Origin: a virus | DNA length: 64,000 nucleotides | Virus record (IMG/VR): IMGVR_UViG_3300017971_000264 | Location: 14,056-78,055 of that record | Reading direction: 5' to 3' (one strand) | Translations under genes and position numbers: made by a program | Part shown: positions 28,467 to 38,778 of the stretch, piece by piece | Numbering within the stretch: the first letter of the stretch is position 1 | How the letters are laid out: each line of letters starts with the position of its first letter | Notes under the pieces: model-generated | What the model was told of the DNA's origin: nothing | What the model saw: the letters and a program-made list of their open reading frames with translations, nothing else | Databases searched by the model: none

Positions 28467-28892
28467 ATGGCAGAAGTCGACAAATTCGGACACGGGATTT
28501 TGTTCCCGTTTGTGAGGGATGAGAAAGGTGATTTCGCCAACGCTGGCGAGCTGGATTGCCTGTCATCCGACATAAGTATGCTTCTTGGTGTCATTGGCCC
28601 AAGCGTAGATGGCCCAGGTGAGTTGCCGTTCGCGACCGAGCTTGGTAGTCGCATTGTGGAGCTGAAACATAGGCAGATTCACAGCGATCTCACCAACGCG
28701 CTTGCGAGTCAGTACACTGGTGAGACGATTCGAAGGTGGGACAACCGTGTTCGAGTCGGAAAGACCACGACACAGATTCTAGACCAGGGCGGCCAGGAGA
28801 ACATGCTCCTGGTGAAGACAGTCGTAAAGCCGGTTGGATACAACTCAAACGAGAATACGATAGTCTCCGCCGAGGTGGAGCTGGAGGAATAG
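28467..28892 (+). CDS. Baseplate wedge gp25/gpW-like
   Basis: GELPFATELGS...IRRWDNRV. Confidence 0.85.
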   Translation: MAEVDKFGHGILFPFVRDEKGDFANAGELDCLSSDISMLLGVIGPSVDGPGELPFATELGSRIVELKHRQIHSDLTNALASQYTGETIRRWDNRVRVGKTTTQILDQGGQENMLLVKTVVKPVGYNSNENTIVSAEVELEE

Positions 28893-30407
28893 ATGGCAAT
28901 CTTCCCATCCCCATATGACAACTATTCGAGTCGAGACCAGGATTCGATTGAATCACGGATTTTCGATTTGATTTCAAGTGTTTTCCCGAAGTGGACGAAC
29001 AGGCAGAGACACAACTTCGGAAACATCCTCGTAGGCGGGTTTTCGTTCGTCGGCGACTTACTCGGGTTCTACCTCGATAAGCTTGCGAGAGAGACCCGAT
29101 GGATGACGGCCAAGATGCGGAAGAACGTCATCGCCTTGGCCAAGCTCATTGACTACAAGCTGCCTGGTGCCGGCGCTGCGACGGGAGACGTGAGGGTCAT
29201 CCTCAAGAATGCGTCTGCTCTCAGCGGCACAGTCAATATCCCGGCAGGAACGATCATCCGGACGGTGGAGGTGACGGACCCGGTGAAGGGAGAGCTTCAG
29301 GCAGATCTCAACATCGTTGTCGCAACGGGCGAAATGACAGGCTCGTGGGAGCATAGCCTCACACAGAGTCCGCAGGTGGTAGCAAGTTCCGGACTTCCGG
29401 ACTTTTCAATGTACTTGCCGTTTGGTCCCTACCTGGAGGACTCGGCGTCGGTATCAACGCCTACGCAGTCCCCATGGGAGGAGGTGGACAATTTCCTCCA
29501 AAGCAGGCCGACGGATCTCCACTACGTCGTGGGTGTAGATCATCTTGACCGTGCAACCATCACATTCGGAGACGGCAACCAAGGGGCTATCCCTGTTGGC
29601 AACGTGACCGTGAATTACAAGACCGGTGGAGGTATCGCAGGAAACTTGGAACCAGGCGCGTTGACGGTAATTGAAGGAAACTTCGTAGACTCCAGCGGAA
29701 ACAAGGCATACGTCGAAGCGTACAACGACGCAGACACGTCCGGAGGAGTTCCAAGGGAGGAAGTGAGCGCATCGAAAGTGAATGGCCCGGCGAGTCTTCG
29801 TGTGCAGACCAGGACGGTCTCAAGAGAGGACTACGAAATCAACGCCAAGCGTGTTGTAGGGGTTGGTCGAGCGCTGTTCCTCACGAGCAACGAACAGACC
29901 GGTATCGCCGAGAACAGGGGAAGGCTCTACATCATACCCTCCGACGGAGGAACGCCGTCCACGGCCCTCAAGAACGCCGTGTACACGATGTGTACAGAGA
30001 CCTACCCCAACACCACGACGTTCCAGTTCGAGGTGTTGGACCCGGTGTACAAGACCATAGACACGGAGGCGTGGATCTACCTGGCAGAGGGAGCAGATGC
30101 ATCCACCGTGAAGACAGCCATCCAGGAGGCCCTGGAGGACTACTACGAGCCGATGATGGCGGACGGTACCGAGAACCCCAATGTGGACTTCGGCTGGTAC
30201 TACAAGGATGCTGACGGCAACCCCGCCGGCGAGATCGCATGGAGTGACATCTTCAACGTGGTGAGAGACGTCTCTGGAGTCCGTAAGGTGGAACCGACGA
30301 AGTTCCTCTTGAACGGATTGCAGAACGACGTGGCCATTGGGAATTGGCAGTTCCCAGCGAACGGCTCGTTGACTCTTATCAACGGAGACACAGGGACGGC
30401 AATGTAA
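28893..30407 (+). CDS. Baseplate J/gp6-like wedge protein
   Basis: YSSRD..SI, FGDG..G.IP, GGG..GN, RTVSREDYE. Confidence 0.9.
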   Translation: MAIFPSPYDNYSSRDQDSIESRIFDLISSVFPKWTNRQRHNFGNILVGGFSFVGDLLGFYLDKLARETRWMTAKMRKNVIALAKLIDYKLPGAGAATGDVRVILKNASALSGTVNIPAGTIIRTVEVTDPVKGELQADLNIVVATGEMTGSWEHSLTQSPQVVASSGLPDFSMYLPFGPYLEDSASVSTPTQSPWEEVDNFLQSRPTDLHYVVGVDHLDRATITFGDGNQGAIPVGNVTVNYKTGGGIAGNLEPGALTVIEGNFVDSSGNKAYVEAYNDADTSGGVPREEVSASKVNGPASLRVQTRTVSREDYEINAKRVVGVGRALFLTSNEQTGIAENRGRLYIIPSDGGTPSTALKNAVYTMCTETYPNTTTFQFEVLDPVYKTIDTEAWIYLAEGADASTVKTAIQEALEDYYEPMMADGTENPNVDFGWYYKDADGNPAGEIAWSDIFNVVRDVSGVRKVEPTKFLLNGLQNDVAIGNWQFPANGSLTLINGDTGTAM

Positions 30408-31573
30408 TGGCAGATCCGATTGACAACGGTGACTTCTCAAACGCAGGTGCAGCTCAAGGTGAAGCTGCTGACTGGACTTGGGGACACGTCCAGGCCCAAG
30501 GTGGCTGGGCGCTGTTCAACGAGGCTCTACCTGCGTACGCCGCGTCGATGGAGAGCTTCGAAGCAGGCTGGGATGACAACGAGGACTGGATTGACGAGCT
30601 TGAGAATCTGATTGCGGCAGTCTTCAACGAAGGTGGTGGCCAGTACGAGTCGACCCAAGAGAGCTTCGAGCTGTGGGACGGACTCCCGTGGAGGGACGAT
30701 TTCACGACGACGGCGGCAGAGTGGACCTCTTGGTACAACGAACTTCACGGAGTTACGACATATCCTCTTTCGGAGGAGTCGTTCGATGAAGCATGGCTGA
30801 ATGAGCCGCTGTCCACGGAGGCAGGCCCCAAGTGGATAGCAGGAAGCACTATGGGAGGTCGCCTGTTCAGCGATGCGCTCACGTTTCCGCTGATTGTTAC
30901 GTCCAACAGGAACAAGATGTGGCTTTTCCGTGTCGATGATCTCGACATCATGGAGATGACGGTAGCCGCAGGAGAATACAGCACAGCCGCCGCGCTGGCC
31001 GCTGCTCTCGACACAGCTCTCGACACAGCGTTTGGCGCTGCGACGAAGTCGTTGCAATTCGGTTCGTCCGGAGACGACATGATCTGGCTCGGCTGGGATG
31101 GAAGTGGAACTCACGCTGAGAATGTGTTGCTTTGCCATCCGGGCGACGACAGGAAATCAAGAGACATTCGTGAGACCATCGGATTGAAGTCGCTGAGTCC
31201 CACGGGTGGAGCTGGAACGGTGTCTTTGCCGTTGGCCATTCTGAACACCTTGCCGCCGGCGTCGCTGTCGACGGAAACATGGTGGGTAGATCAGTGGTCG
31301 CAGATCAGATACACGATAGAAACGGAACCGCGGAGTCTCTACGACTTCGCTCTTGAGTATGCGAGAACCCCGGTGGTCTTCGACGACCCGGCAGACCCGT
31401 CCTACTTTGAGATGTTCACTCTCACGGGATGGTTTGGCGCAGGCAAGGTCTGGAAAGACCGTTACGACCCAGGGGATCTCACAGCAGCAGTTTTCAACGA
31501 TTACGGGACAGGGACTCCGACGACGCTGGAAAGCTTCGAGGAGCTGTGGGACGAAGAGCCTTTCCCGTTCTAG
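30407..31573 (+). CDS. Acidic Trp-rich baseplate-associated protein
   Basis: TAATG coupling; repeated ESFE..W motifs. Confidence 0.7.
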   Translation: MADPIDNGDFSNAGAAQGEAADWTWGHVQAQGGWALFNEALPAYAASMESFEAGWDDNEDWIDELENLIAAVFNEGGGQYESTQESFELWDGLPWRDDFTTTAAEWTSWYNELHGVTTYPLSEESFDEAWLNEPLSTEAGPKWIAGSTMGGRLFSDALTFPLIVTSNRNKMWLFRVDDLDIMEMTVAAGEYSTAAALAAALDTALDTAFGAATKSLQFGSSGDDMIWLGWDGSGTHAENVLLCHPGDDRKSRDIRETIGLKSLSPTGGAGTVSLPLAILNTLPPASLSTETWWVDQWSQIRYTIETEPRSLYDFALEYARTPVVFDDPADPSYFEMFTLTGWFGAGKVWKDRYDPGDLTAAVFNDYGTGTPTTLESFEELWDEEPFPF

Positions 31574-31582
31574 GAGGATGAG

Positions 31583-32320
31583 ATGGGATACGCTGATTTC
31601 GCAGACGTTGGGTCATCGCTCTCAGAGGCGTCGCTTGCTCGCGGTGTGACAGCAGGAATCACCCCGCCGCCAGGCGGAGGCTCTTTTGTTTACGGGTACA
31701 ACTCCCTGGATTCAGATGTTGTGGGCGCACACGGCAAGTACGTCGACCGACCGGGGTTCACCCCCACCGGCAGCGGTCCAGCCACGGCGGACGGAGGCGG
31801 AGTCATCGCAGGTGTTCTCAAGAGGTATGCATCGTCCAACAACACTGGCTTCACGCCGATGTTGTTCTTTGCCCTCCAGGGGTCGCCTCCGACAGTGAAC
31901 GACATGGCATACATGATCGCGCTCTCGAACGAGGACCCGTATCGGATTGTCCTTGCGAAAGGTGTCCTGGCGGCAGGCGTTCCGGGAGACGGAGAGGACA
32001 TGACGGTCCTACGCCAATCCTCGGAGCAGTTCAGCATGGGCGATGATCTGTATCATCACGTGCGACTCGAATGCATTGTGCAGCCGAATGCCGATGTGAA
32101 GCTCGTGGTGGAAGGCAACGACCTCACTGCCCATCCGCTTGGAACGGCTCCGGACTGGCAGCCGATCCTCGGCATGGACGATTTCATTGACGACAGGCTC
32201 CAGATTGCCACGGGAAGCGCTCCGCTGCTCGGTGGGTACTGCGGGTTCGCGTTCGCAGTGAACAGGGCTTTGAACCGCCGAGGTGCCTTCGATGGCATCG
32301 AGGCATACAGGAACGACTAA
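31583..32320 (+). CDS. Baseplate-associated beta-rich protein
   Basis: SD GGAGG; in the structural run. Confidence 0.7.
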   Translation: MGYADFADVGSSLSEASLARGVTAGITPPPGGGSFVYGYNSLDSDVVGAHGKYVDRPGFTPTGSGPATADGGGVIAGVLKRYASSNNTGFTPMLFFALQGSPPTVNDMAYMIALSNEDPYRIVLAKGVLAAGVPGDGEDMTVLRQSSEQFSMGDDLYHHVRLECIVQPNADVKLVVEGNDLTAHPLGTAPDWQPILGMDDFIDDRLQIATGSAPLLGGYCGFAFAVNRALNRRGAFDGIEAYRND

Positions 32321-33837
32321 TGACCGGATCGGGTGGATCTCCCACGACGCTGGGAACGTGGTTTGAAAAGGGAAGAGGCGAGACCTCTGGACGTATCGAA
32401 GTTCCCAATAGCCCACGCCCGGCGCTTCTGGTGGCAGGGAATGTCGAGACATTCGACTTCTCGGGCAGTATCGAAGAGACACTGTTCGTGGAGGTGGGTG
32501 AGCTTGCGGCCCAGAAGATCACCTTCCCTGATTCAGTGTTCGTGTCTCCTGCGGCGGCTACTTCGGCAGAGGTTATTGCGAGGATCACCTCGGAGCTTGA
32601 AGGGGCGAAGGGGGTATCCATCTTCGGCGGAGGTCTTGGGATTGAATCGGACGATTCAGGAAGCACCGCGAGAATCAAGGTCACCGGAGGAACGGCGAAT
32701 GCCATCCTTGGCTTTAGCACGGATGAGGTTACGGGTTCAGATGTGAGCTACAAGTTCGTGCTGGGCAACGTCGACCCAATTGTTGCGCAGTTGACGATGG
32801 ACGACTATGCCGAGATAAAGCAGGTTGTTGACCTGGACGGTGTAGACCTGGTCGGTGCAACGATTCAAACGAGAGGAACGCCAGGACACACCTACACGGA
32901 CCCTGTTGGATTGCAGGTGGACGACGATACACTGTTCTTTTTCCCGATGGACAGGGACATCAAGGGCGCGACGAATGCCGTTGCAAGTGGATGGGATCTG
33001 GAAGGCGTAGGAGAGATTGAGGCAACGGACGAGGACTATGCGCCAGTTGGACATAGAACGAAGTGCAGGTTGTTCCCACCGAACAACCCGGTAGGCTCCG
33101 GATCTGCGAAGCTCATCGCCTCGAACACGCCGCAGTACAACACCGCGACACAGAACAGGTACACGCTTCAGTGGTGGATGAACCTGGACCCAACTGGAGC
33201 GTACACTACTAGCTGGGGAGTAGATTTCCCCTTGTTCAAGATCGGCGGTGGCATCAAGGGAATCAGCCAAGGAGGCGGCATCGAAGTGTATCTTCTTGGG
33301 CAAGCTGGCGTCGGCGCATTGAACTGGTACATAGCTGTGACCCACTACAGCGCCACAGGTGGTTCACACGGAACAAGCCTTGTTTACATGATTGCACCAC
33401 AGTCAGGGTGGAGGTTCTGGTCGATTGTTTTCGACGCGACGTTGCCTGCCATGCAGGAGTTATCTCTTTACGAGGGTGCAGGAGTCTTGAGAGCCAATAA
33501 CGGCGGCTTGTTCAACGATCCTATGGAGCCGTATCCGGAAGACTGGGCCATCGAAATGGGAGACCCTTCGTTCTTTGGGATGCTGGACCAGGTTCGATTG
33601 CAGAAGACTGCGAGAACCCAGTTGGAAATTATAGACGACTACCAAGCTTGTGTGGTTGACCCGGCGTCCTACGATATGGAGTGGCAGATGGCAATGCGCA
33701 TCGACGGCACTCCCTATGTTCAGCGTGCCATTGGCGACACGGAGAACCGCTTGTGGACTGACTTCAGGGCGCCTGTCAGGCGCGTTACTAGCTCGCGAGA
33801 GGTGGCCTTGCGTCTCCAGCTCGCTCAGAAGGTGTAG
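32320..33837 (+). CDS. Virion protein with LamG/concanavalin-like domain
   Basis: YTLQWWM, GWRFWSIVFD, GMLDQVRL...ART. Confidence 0.7.
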   Translation: MTGSGGSPTTLGTWFEKGRGETSGRIEVPNSPRPALLVAGNVETFDFSGSIEETLFVEVGELAAQKITFPDSVFVSPAAATSAEVIARITSELEGAKGVSIFGGGLGIESDDSGSTARIKVTGGTANAILGFSTDEVTGSDVSYKFVLGNVDPIVAQLTMDDYAEIKQVVDLDGVDLVGATIQTRGTPGHTYTDPVGLQVDDDTLFFFPMDRDIKGATNAVASGWDLEGVGEIEATDEDYAPVGHRTKCRLFPPNNPVGSGSAKLIASNTPQYNTATQNRYTLQWWMNLDPTGAYTTSWGVDFPLFKIGGGIKGISQGGGIEVYLLGQAGVGALNWYIAVTHYSATGGSHGTSLVYMIAPQSGWRFWSIVFDATLPAMQELSLYEGAGVLRANNGGLFNDPMEPYPEDWAIEMGDPSFFGMLDQVRLQKTARTQLEIIDDYQACVVDPASYDMEWQMAMRIDGTPYVQRAIGDTENRLWTDFRAPVRRVTSSREVALRLQLAQKV

Positions 33838-33839
33838 CA

Positions 33840-35441
33840 ATGGGAACGATGCCAAAAACAGGGATTCGGACTCCTGCGGAGTACACAGATCCTTTCAATG
33901 TAAATTTTGATGACGAACACGCCACGGACATCGACAACTGGGTGGACGCCAACGCATCGGACAAGCTGCTTACCCTGGTGAAGACAGGAACCTTCGCGCT
34001 GGACGCGGCTGGAAATACACTCCACTTCCCGGAGTTCAAGATCTACTCTGCGAGGTACGGAGACAACCTGGTTGTGAGCGCAGGGTCAGTGGCCATGAAC
34101 AACGGCGAGATCGTTTACGTGGCCAACGTCCCGAGACCGTTCAACGGCAACACGCTTGCGCTCGTAGCAGGTGCATGGCCAACGGCTGCTGATGGCGCGA
34201 GAGATGTCATCCCGGTAGCTGTGAGGAACGGCACTCAGCTCAGAGTGCTGATCCCTGAGATGAAACTCTCGGTGTCTCCGAGGATGCCAGACGGACGTGT
34301 TGACATCAGCTCGACCACGACGATTGACATTGCCGACAACGGCAAGGCCATCGTTATCGAGTCTGGGTACACGGCCACGCTTCCGGCGGCACAGGAAGGG
34401 TTGAATTTCTTCATTGCGAGCCAGGGACCGACGACGCCTGGAATTCTCGGAGTGCCGGCGCCTGGCCTTATCGGTTCGTACGGAAAGTTCTACCCGACGC
34501 CGTGGACAGCCATCCAGATCCCGAACCAGCCTGGGTATCTTCATGTGTCGGCGCAAGAGGTGTCTCCTGGTTCGTGGATGTGGTTCATGGCCAGTTGCGA
34601 CATCGCTATCATCAACAATGCGGACACGAGCATGGTGTTCAACCCCTCGGTGGGAGACTATGCGAGGGAGTCTCATGAGCATGTTGCGAGCCAGGTCACG
34701 CCATGGGTCGATGACCCAACGAGCGACGACTCTCCAGAGAATGCCAACAACCTCATTGTGACGAACGATGCAGCGACGGCGAACCTTACCCATACGCTTA
34801 TCAATGGAACGACGACCCAGAGCGAGGGAGCAAGAATCAGGTTCGTGCAAACGAATGCGACGTACTCGATTACGGTGAAGCCGCAGGCAAACGACTTGCT
34901 GCTTTGCCCGGATGGATTGGACACAGGCGATTCAGGAACACCATTCGTTGGACTTCGCTCGAAAGAGCAGTATGCAGAGCTGACGGTTGCGCTGGTAAAA
35001 GACACCGGCGGGACCGGGTCGGTGTGGGTTGTTGAATCGATGCGAGGATTATGGGAAGACGGTGTGTCTGGGATGCTGTACCGAGCTATGACCCCCTACA
35101 AGGACAATCGTAGCTCAGCAGAACAAGTGGTGGTTCCCGCCGGTGGCAATGTTGCTTTTACCATTGAAGCAGGAAATATCAAATCCGGCATCATGGAGCT
35201 GGTGAAGCTCTCGAAGGTGAGTGGGTTGTCCACGGACATCGTTTTCGAGATTCTGGACCAGACCGGCGGGACCATCTTGTATCAGACGAACAACGTAGAT
35301 TTGCAGACTGCGGACTACGAAGACAGGAACCAGTGGTGGCTGGAGGTCAACACAGCCGGGGACCTGGCCTGTGAACTGAGAAACAATGACGGTGCGAACG
35401 CGATCACCATCGACGTTGTCGTTCGCCTCAAAGGAGATTAG
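33840..35441 (+). CDS. Tail fibre-like protein
   Basis: TATLPAAQEGLNF and EGARIRFV fibre modules. Confidence 0.7.
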   Translation: MGTMPKTGIRTPAEYTDPFNVNFDDEHATDIDNWVDANASDKLLTLVKTGTFALDAAGNTLHFPEFKIYSARYGDNLVVSAGSVAMNNGEIVYVANVPRPFNGNTLALVAGAWPTAADGARDVIPVAVRNGTQLRVLIPEMKLSVSPRMPDGRVDISSTTTIDIADNGKAIVIESGYTATLPAAQEGLNFFIASQGPTTPGILGVPAPGLIGSYGKFYPTPWTAIQIPNQPGYLHVSAQEVSPGSWMWFMASCDIAIINNADTSMVFNPSVGDYARESHEHVASQVTPWVDDPTSDDSPENANNLIVTNDAATANLTHTLINGTTTQSEGARIRFVQTNATYSITVKPQANDLLLCPDGLDTGDSGTPFVGLRSKEQYAELTVALVKDTGGTGSVWVVESMRGLWEDGVSGMLYRAMTPYKDNRSSAEQVVVPAGGNVAFTIEAGNIKSGIMELVKLSKVSGLSTDIVFEILDQTGGTILYQTNNVDLQTADYEDRNQWWLEVNTAGDLACELRNNDGANAITIDVVVRLKGD

Positions 35442-35443
35442 AA

Positions 35444-36424
35444 ATGGGACTGCCAACCCTTCAAAAAACCTGGAACTACGACGTTAACGAAATCCGAGAT
35501 TTTGCTGCGGCGACAGACATCGAACGCGCTCGCGCACTCCTTTTCTACATGAAGGAGCAGTTGGTTGATTCTGGGAAGTGGGCTGTAGAGGCGTCGAGTG
35601 ACGCTACGTCGTACAAGAATGTGGGCGACGCAGACCCGGACCTCTGGATCGACAAAGACGACCTGAACAGGGGTTCTACTACGAGATCATGGTGCATCCT
35701 TTACAACTCTACGCTGGGAGTATCGTTGTGTATCGATATGCAGGCGTCGTACGACTACCAGTGCGACGTCTACCTGGTGAAGGGACACTACAACGCTGAT
35801 GGTCTCACCACCTCGAAGCCGACTTCGGCGAACACAGAGATCACCTATGCGAATACGTCGTCAGCGCTTGGGAGAGATGGAGGATCGACTCGCGTGGTAT
35901 TGCACTCCATGTGGTCGACAGATGGAGAGTGCTTCAGGTTCTACGCGATCAGCAACGGTACCAACCCTGGCGTAGCAGCTTTCATCTTGGAGAAACCTTC
36001 GAATGCTCCGGATGGCTGGACGAACCCGATTATCTTCGACTGGATCGGTGACTCCAACGATGAGACGTGGCCGACTCTTGCGAGGTGGTACACTGGGCTG
36101 AACATCTATGCGGAGGTCAACGGATCGATACACCAAATGTATGCGACCGGTGAAGCGTGCGCTGATGGTAACGAGCCTATAACTCAAAGGGCAGACTGCA
36201 ATCCTTCGGACCTGGATACTGGTGGAGGGTACCTGTTGCAACCGATGGGCTTGTACGGAAAGGACCCAGGGATCAAAGGAAGCAACGGACGTCTTACGGA
36301 CATTTGGTGGAGGCCCATTGAGATGGCGATATTCGACACGCTTCCGGATGATGGAACCAGGCAGTTCATCGCCGTTGGGAAAGTGATCTGGCCGTGGAAC
36401 GGTTCAGTCCCGGTTTGGGGGTAA
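35444..36424 (+). CDS. Hypothetical virion protein
   Basis: 326-aa ORF with SD in the tail region. Confidence 0.7.
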   Translation: MGLPTLQKTWNYDVNEIRDFAAATDIERARALLFYMKEQLVDSGKWAVEASSDATSYKNVGDADPDLWIDKDDLNRGSTTRSWCILYNSTLGVSLCIDMQASYDYQCDVYLVKGHYNADGLTTSKPTSANTEITYANTSSALGRDGGSTRVVLHSMWSTDGECFRFYAISNGTNPGVAAFILEKPSNAPDGWTNPIIFDWIGDSNDETWPTLARWYTGLNIYAEVNGSIHQMYATGEACADGNEPITQRADCNPSDLDTGGGYLLQPMGLYGKDPGIKGSNGRLTDIWWRPIEMAIFDTLPDDGTRQFIAVGKVIWPWNGSVPVWG

Positions 36425-36427
36425 GAC

Positions 36428-36604
36428 ATGGCTGAGTGGGATGGAAGATCGATTGACTACCTTGGAGCGGACGCAGACAAGGAAGACTTCGAGACCAAAC
36501 AGTACGAAGGGAACAAAGGCTTTGGCCTTGGCGACCCAGGAACCATCGACGGCGGTGGAGAGGAGGTTCGGCTGGTACCGAAGCTCATCCGTGTGACGCC
36601 GTAA
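36428..36604 (+). CDS. Small acidic hypothetical protein (58 aa, below ORF-track cutoff)
   Basis: ATG 36428 to TAA 36604 fills the gap (MAEWDGRSIDYLG...). Confidence 0.55.
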   Translation: MAEWDGRSIDYLGADADKEDFETKQYEGNKGFGLGDPGTIDGGGEEVRLVPKLIRVTP

Positions 36605-36613
36605 GGAGAAGAC

Positions 36614-37408
36614 GTGGCGACAGTTGAACAAATACTTGCTGCTCTGGAAATCGAGAACGTCGAGTCTCAGATCCAGGATGGTGGGTTTGCTGCGATAATG
36701 AGAGACCCGCAGCCCGACGAGTCGGGCATGGCTCCGGATACGGATATACGAGTAACGCTTGTTGATCTGAACGGAGACCCGGCGTCGATTCCGCCTCGTG
36801 TGTTCAAGATGTACGTCGAAGATGTGGAGGTTCTTTCCTGGGATGGAGCTTCGGCTACTTGGGCAGGGCCATGGACAGGGACAGTCACCCAGTCGGGACC
36901 GACAGACCCTTACGTGTTCTACGACATCGTTGCGCAGCAGACAGCGCCGCCGCAGTTTACGAGTGAGCAAGAGGTCGATGTCAGAATTGATGTTGGAAGT
37001 AGCTCGCTTGGCTGGGGACATGGTTCGTGGGGACATTTCCCATGGGGACACAGCCCGGCGGTGGCGGGGTCGTCGCTTCCGTGGACGTTCACGATTGCAG
37101 ATGTTGATCCTCCGAGCCTCGTGTCGGCTACTCCTATCGACCGCATGACTCTGCGGCTTGAGTTCGACGAACCGATGGCCACCAGTGGGGCAGGGTCTGC
37201 GTTGAACGCAGATGCGTACACGATCACAAGGCACAACGTGACGCCGACGCCGGCGGTCAACCTCCAGGTGGTGAGCGTTGAGGCCGTTGCAGGCTCGAAC
37301 GATGTGCAATTTGATTTGACCTTTCAGTGGGAGCAGACCCCTGGATGTGAGTATCAGATTGATGTGAGCAGCACAGTAACAGACAAGGCAGGGAACGCGA
37401 TCCAATGA
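36614..37408 (+). CDS. Ig-like domain tail protein
   Basis: DVDPPSLVSA...LEFDEPM...VTDKAGN bacterial Ig pattern; WGH repeats. Confidence 0.75.
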   Translation: MATVEQILAALEIENVESQIQDGGFAAIMRDPQPDESGMAPDTDIRVTLVDLNGDPASIPPRVFKMYVEDVEVLSWDGASATWAGPWTGTVTQSGPTDPYVFYDIVAQQTAPPQFTSEQEVDVRIDVGSSSLGWGHGSWGHFPWGHSPAVAGSSLPWTFTIADVDPPSLVSATPIDRMTLRLEFDEPMATSGAGSALNADAYTITRHNVTPTPAVNLQVVSVEAVAGSNDVQFDLTFQWEQTPGCEYQIDVSSTVTDKAGNAIQ

Positions 37409-38766
37409 CAACGACAGCGACATTCACAGGGTTCACGCCTCCAAAGCCACAGGGAAGGTTCTTCGATCTCTGGAGGCAAGTGATTCCGCAGAAAGCAAGG
37501 GAGAAGGATGTCACCAGGGCGTTGCGGAGAATCGTCAACTGTTGGCAGGAAGTTCTCGATCATCTTCTGTACGACCTGGACCTGTTCCCGGAGCAGTTGG
37601 GAGATCCGGACAAGGCAGACATCGACGTAATCCGGCAGATGCTCAGAGACATGGGTAATCCATTTCAGGACTGGACCGAGCTGGAGCTGACAGAGAACCA
37701 GGAAAAGAAGTTGCTCCGGTATTTGGTGGCTATCTACAAGCTCAAGGGGACAGACATCGGCATCGAGAGCGTAGTGTTCTTCCTGCTCAACAAGACCGTG
37801 AGAGTTATCCCCTACGCCGTAGAGGGATGGTCCCTTGGGGAGGACGAGCTTGGAGAGGCCGGTATCGCAGAGGTTGTGTCGCCGGCGGGAGAGCCGTACG
37901 ATTTCAGCGGCCTGACCTGGCCGCTTGATCTTGAGATGCTGGTCGACAAGACGACCACGGAGACGGTGGAACTCAACATAGGAGACGTGGCAGACCCAGC
38001 GGCGGTAGAGACAGAGGAGATCGTGGTGTCTCTCAATGCGCAGTTGCTGGGTGCAAAGGCGAGGTCGGTGCATCCGGGAACCCATGGTGTCACCATTTCA
38101 GACGCAGAGACCTTCAACCTGGTGGGCGGAGAGACCCTCGTGTTCGAGATAGAAGGGCAGTCGTACACGGCGGTGTTCAGGCCGTACGACTTCGTGACTC
38201 CAGGGACGGCCACGGCGGACGAGGTTGCAGCCAGATTGATGTTGACGGCTCCGAGTGTAATCAACGCCCAGGGCGCCGAGATCCAGGGAATGAGTGGCCG
38301 TAGGGTGCGCCTGGCGACGATCCAGCGAGGAATGACAGCTACAATCGACATCGTTGGAGGCACAGCGGCGGCGATTCTCAACTTCTCGCCGGCGACAGTT
38401 GCCGGGGTCGACACAAGCAACCTGGCCATCTATTCGACCACGGTTGGAGAACATGCTGAGATAGAGCTTCTCGGAGGAGATCTCTACGACGCCATGGGGT
38501 GGCAATTCGGTGAGGACGCAGCGGCGTCCGGAACCGGTGGAACAATACTAGGTCCGAGCGAGAGCGCGACTTTGTATTCATTCGACATTGAGACGGATGA
38601 CGTGCTAACGTCGGAAGAAGAACAAATAATTCGGCGTATTGCCGATTACATGAAGCCTGCACACACCCACCTGATTCAGGTCAGAAGCTCCGAGGAAATA
38701 ACATTCCCGGACATTTGGGTGTTGGGCGAGGCAGAGCTGGATGTGACAACAGAGCTTCACGCCTAG
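37405..38766 (+). CDS. Baseplate wedge/tail protein I (P2 gpI-like) with inserted domains
   Basis: IYKLKGT..GIE and YMKPAHTH motifs. Confidence 0.82.
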   Translation: MTTTATFTGFTPPKPQGRFFDLWRQVIPQKAREKDVTRALRRIVNCWQEVLDHLLYDLDLFPEQLGDPDKADIDVIRQMLRDMGNPFQDWTELELTENQEKKLLRYLVAIYKLKGTDIGIESVVFFLLNKTVRVIPYAVEGWSLGEDELGEAGIAEVVSPAGEPYDFSGLTWPLDLEMLVDKTTTETVELNIGDVADPAAVETEEIVVSLNAQLLGAKARSVHPGTHGVTISDAETFNLVGGETLVFEIEGQSYTAVFRPYDFVTPGTATADEVAARLMLTAPSVINAQGAEIQGMSGRRVRLATIQRGMTATIDIVGGTAAAILNFSPATVAGVDTSNLAIYSTTVGEHAEIELLGGDLYDAMGWQFGEDAAASGTGGTILGPSESATLYSFDIETDDVLTSEEEQIIRRIADYMKPAHTHLIQVRSSEEITFPDIWVLGEAELDVTTELHA

Positions 38767-38778
38767 CAGGAGGGTGGC

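Noticed and set aside
18296-38766. Stand-alone eCIS or tailocin
   Set aside because: Capsid, protease, head-tail and replication genes show a full phage
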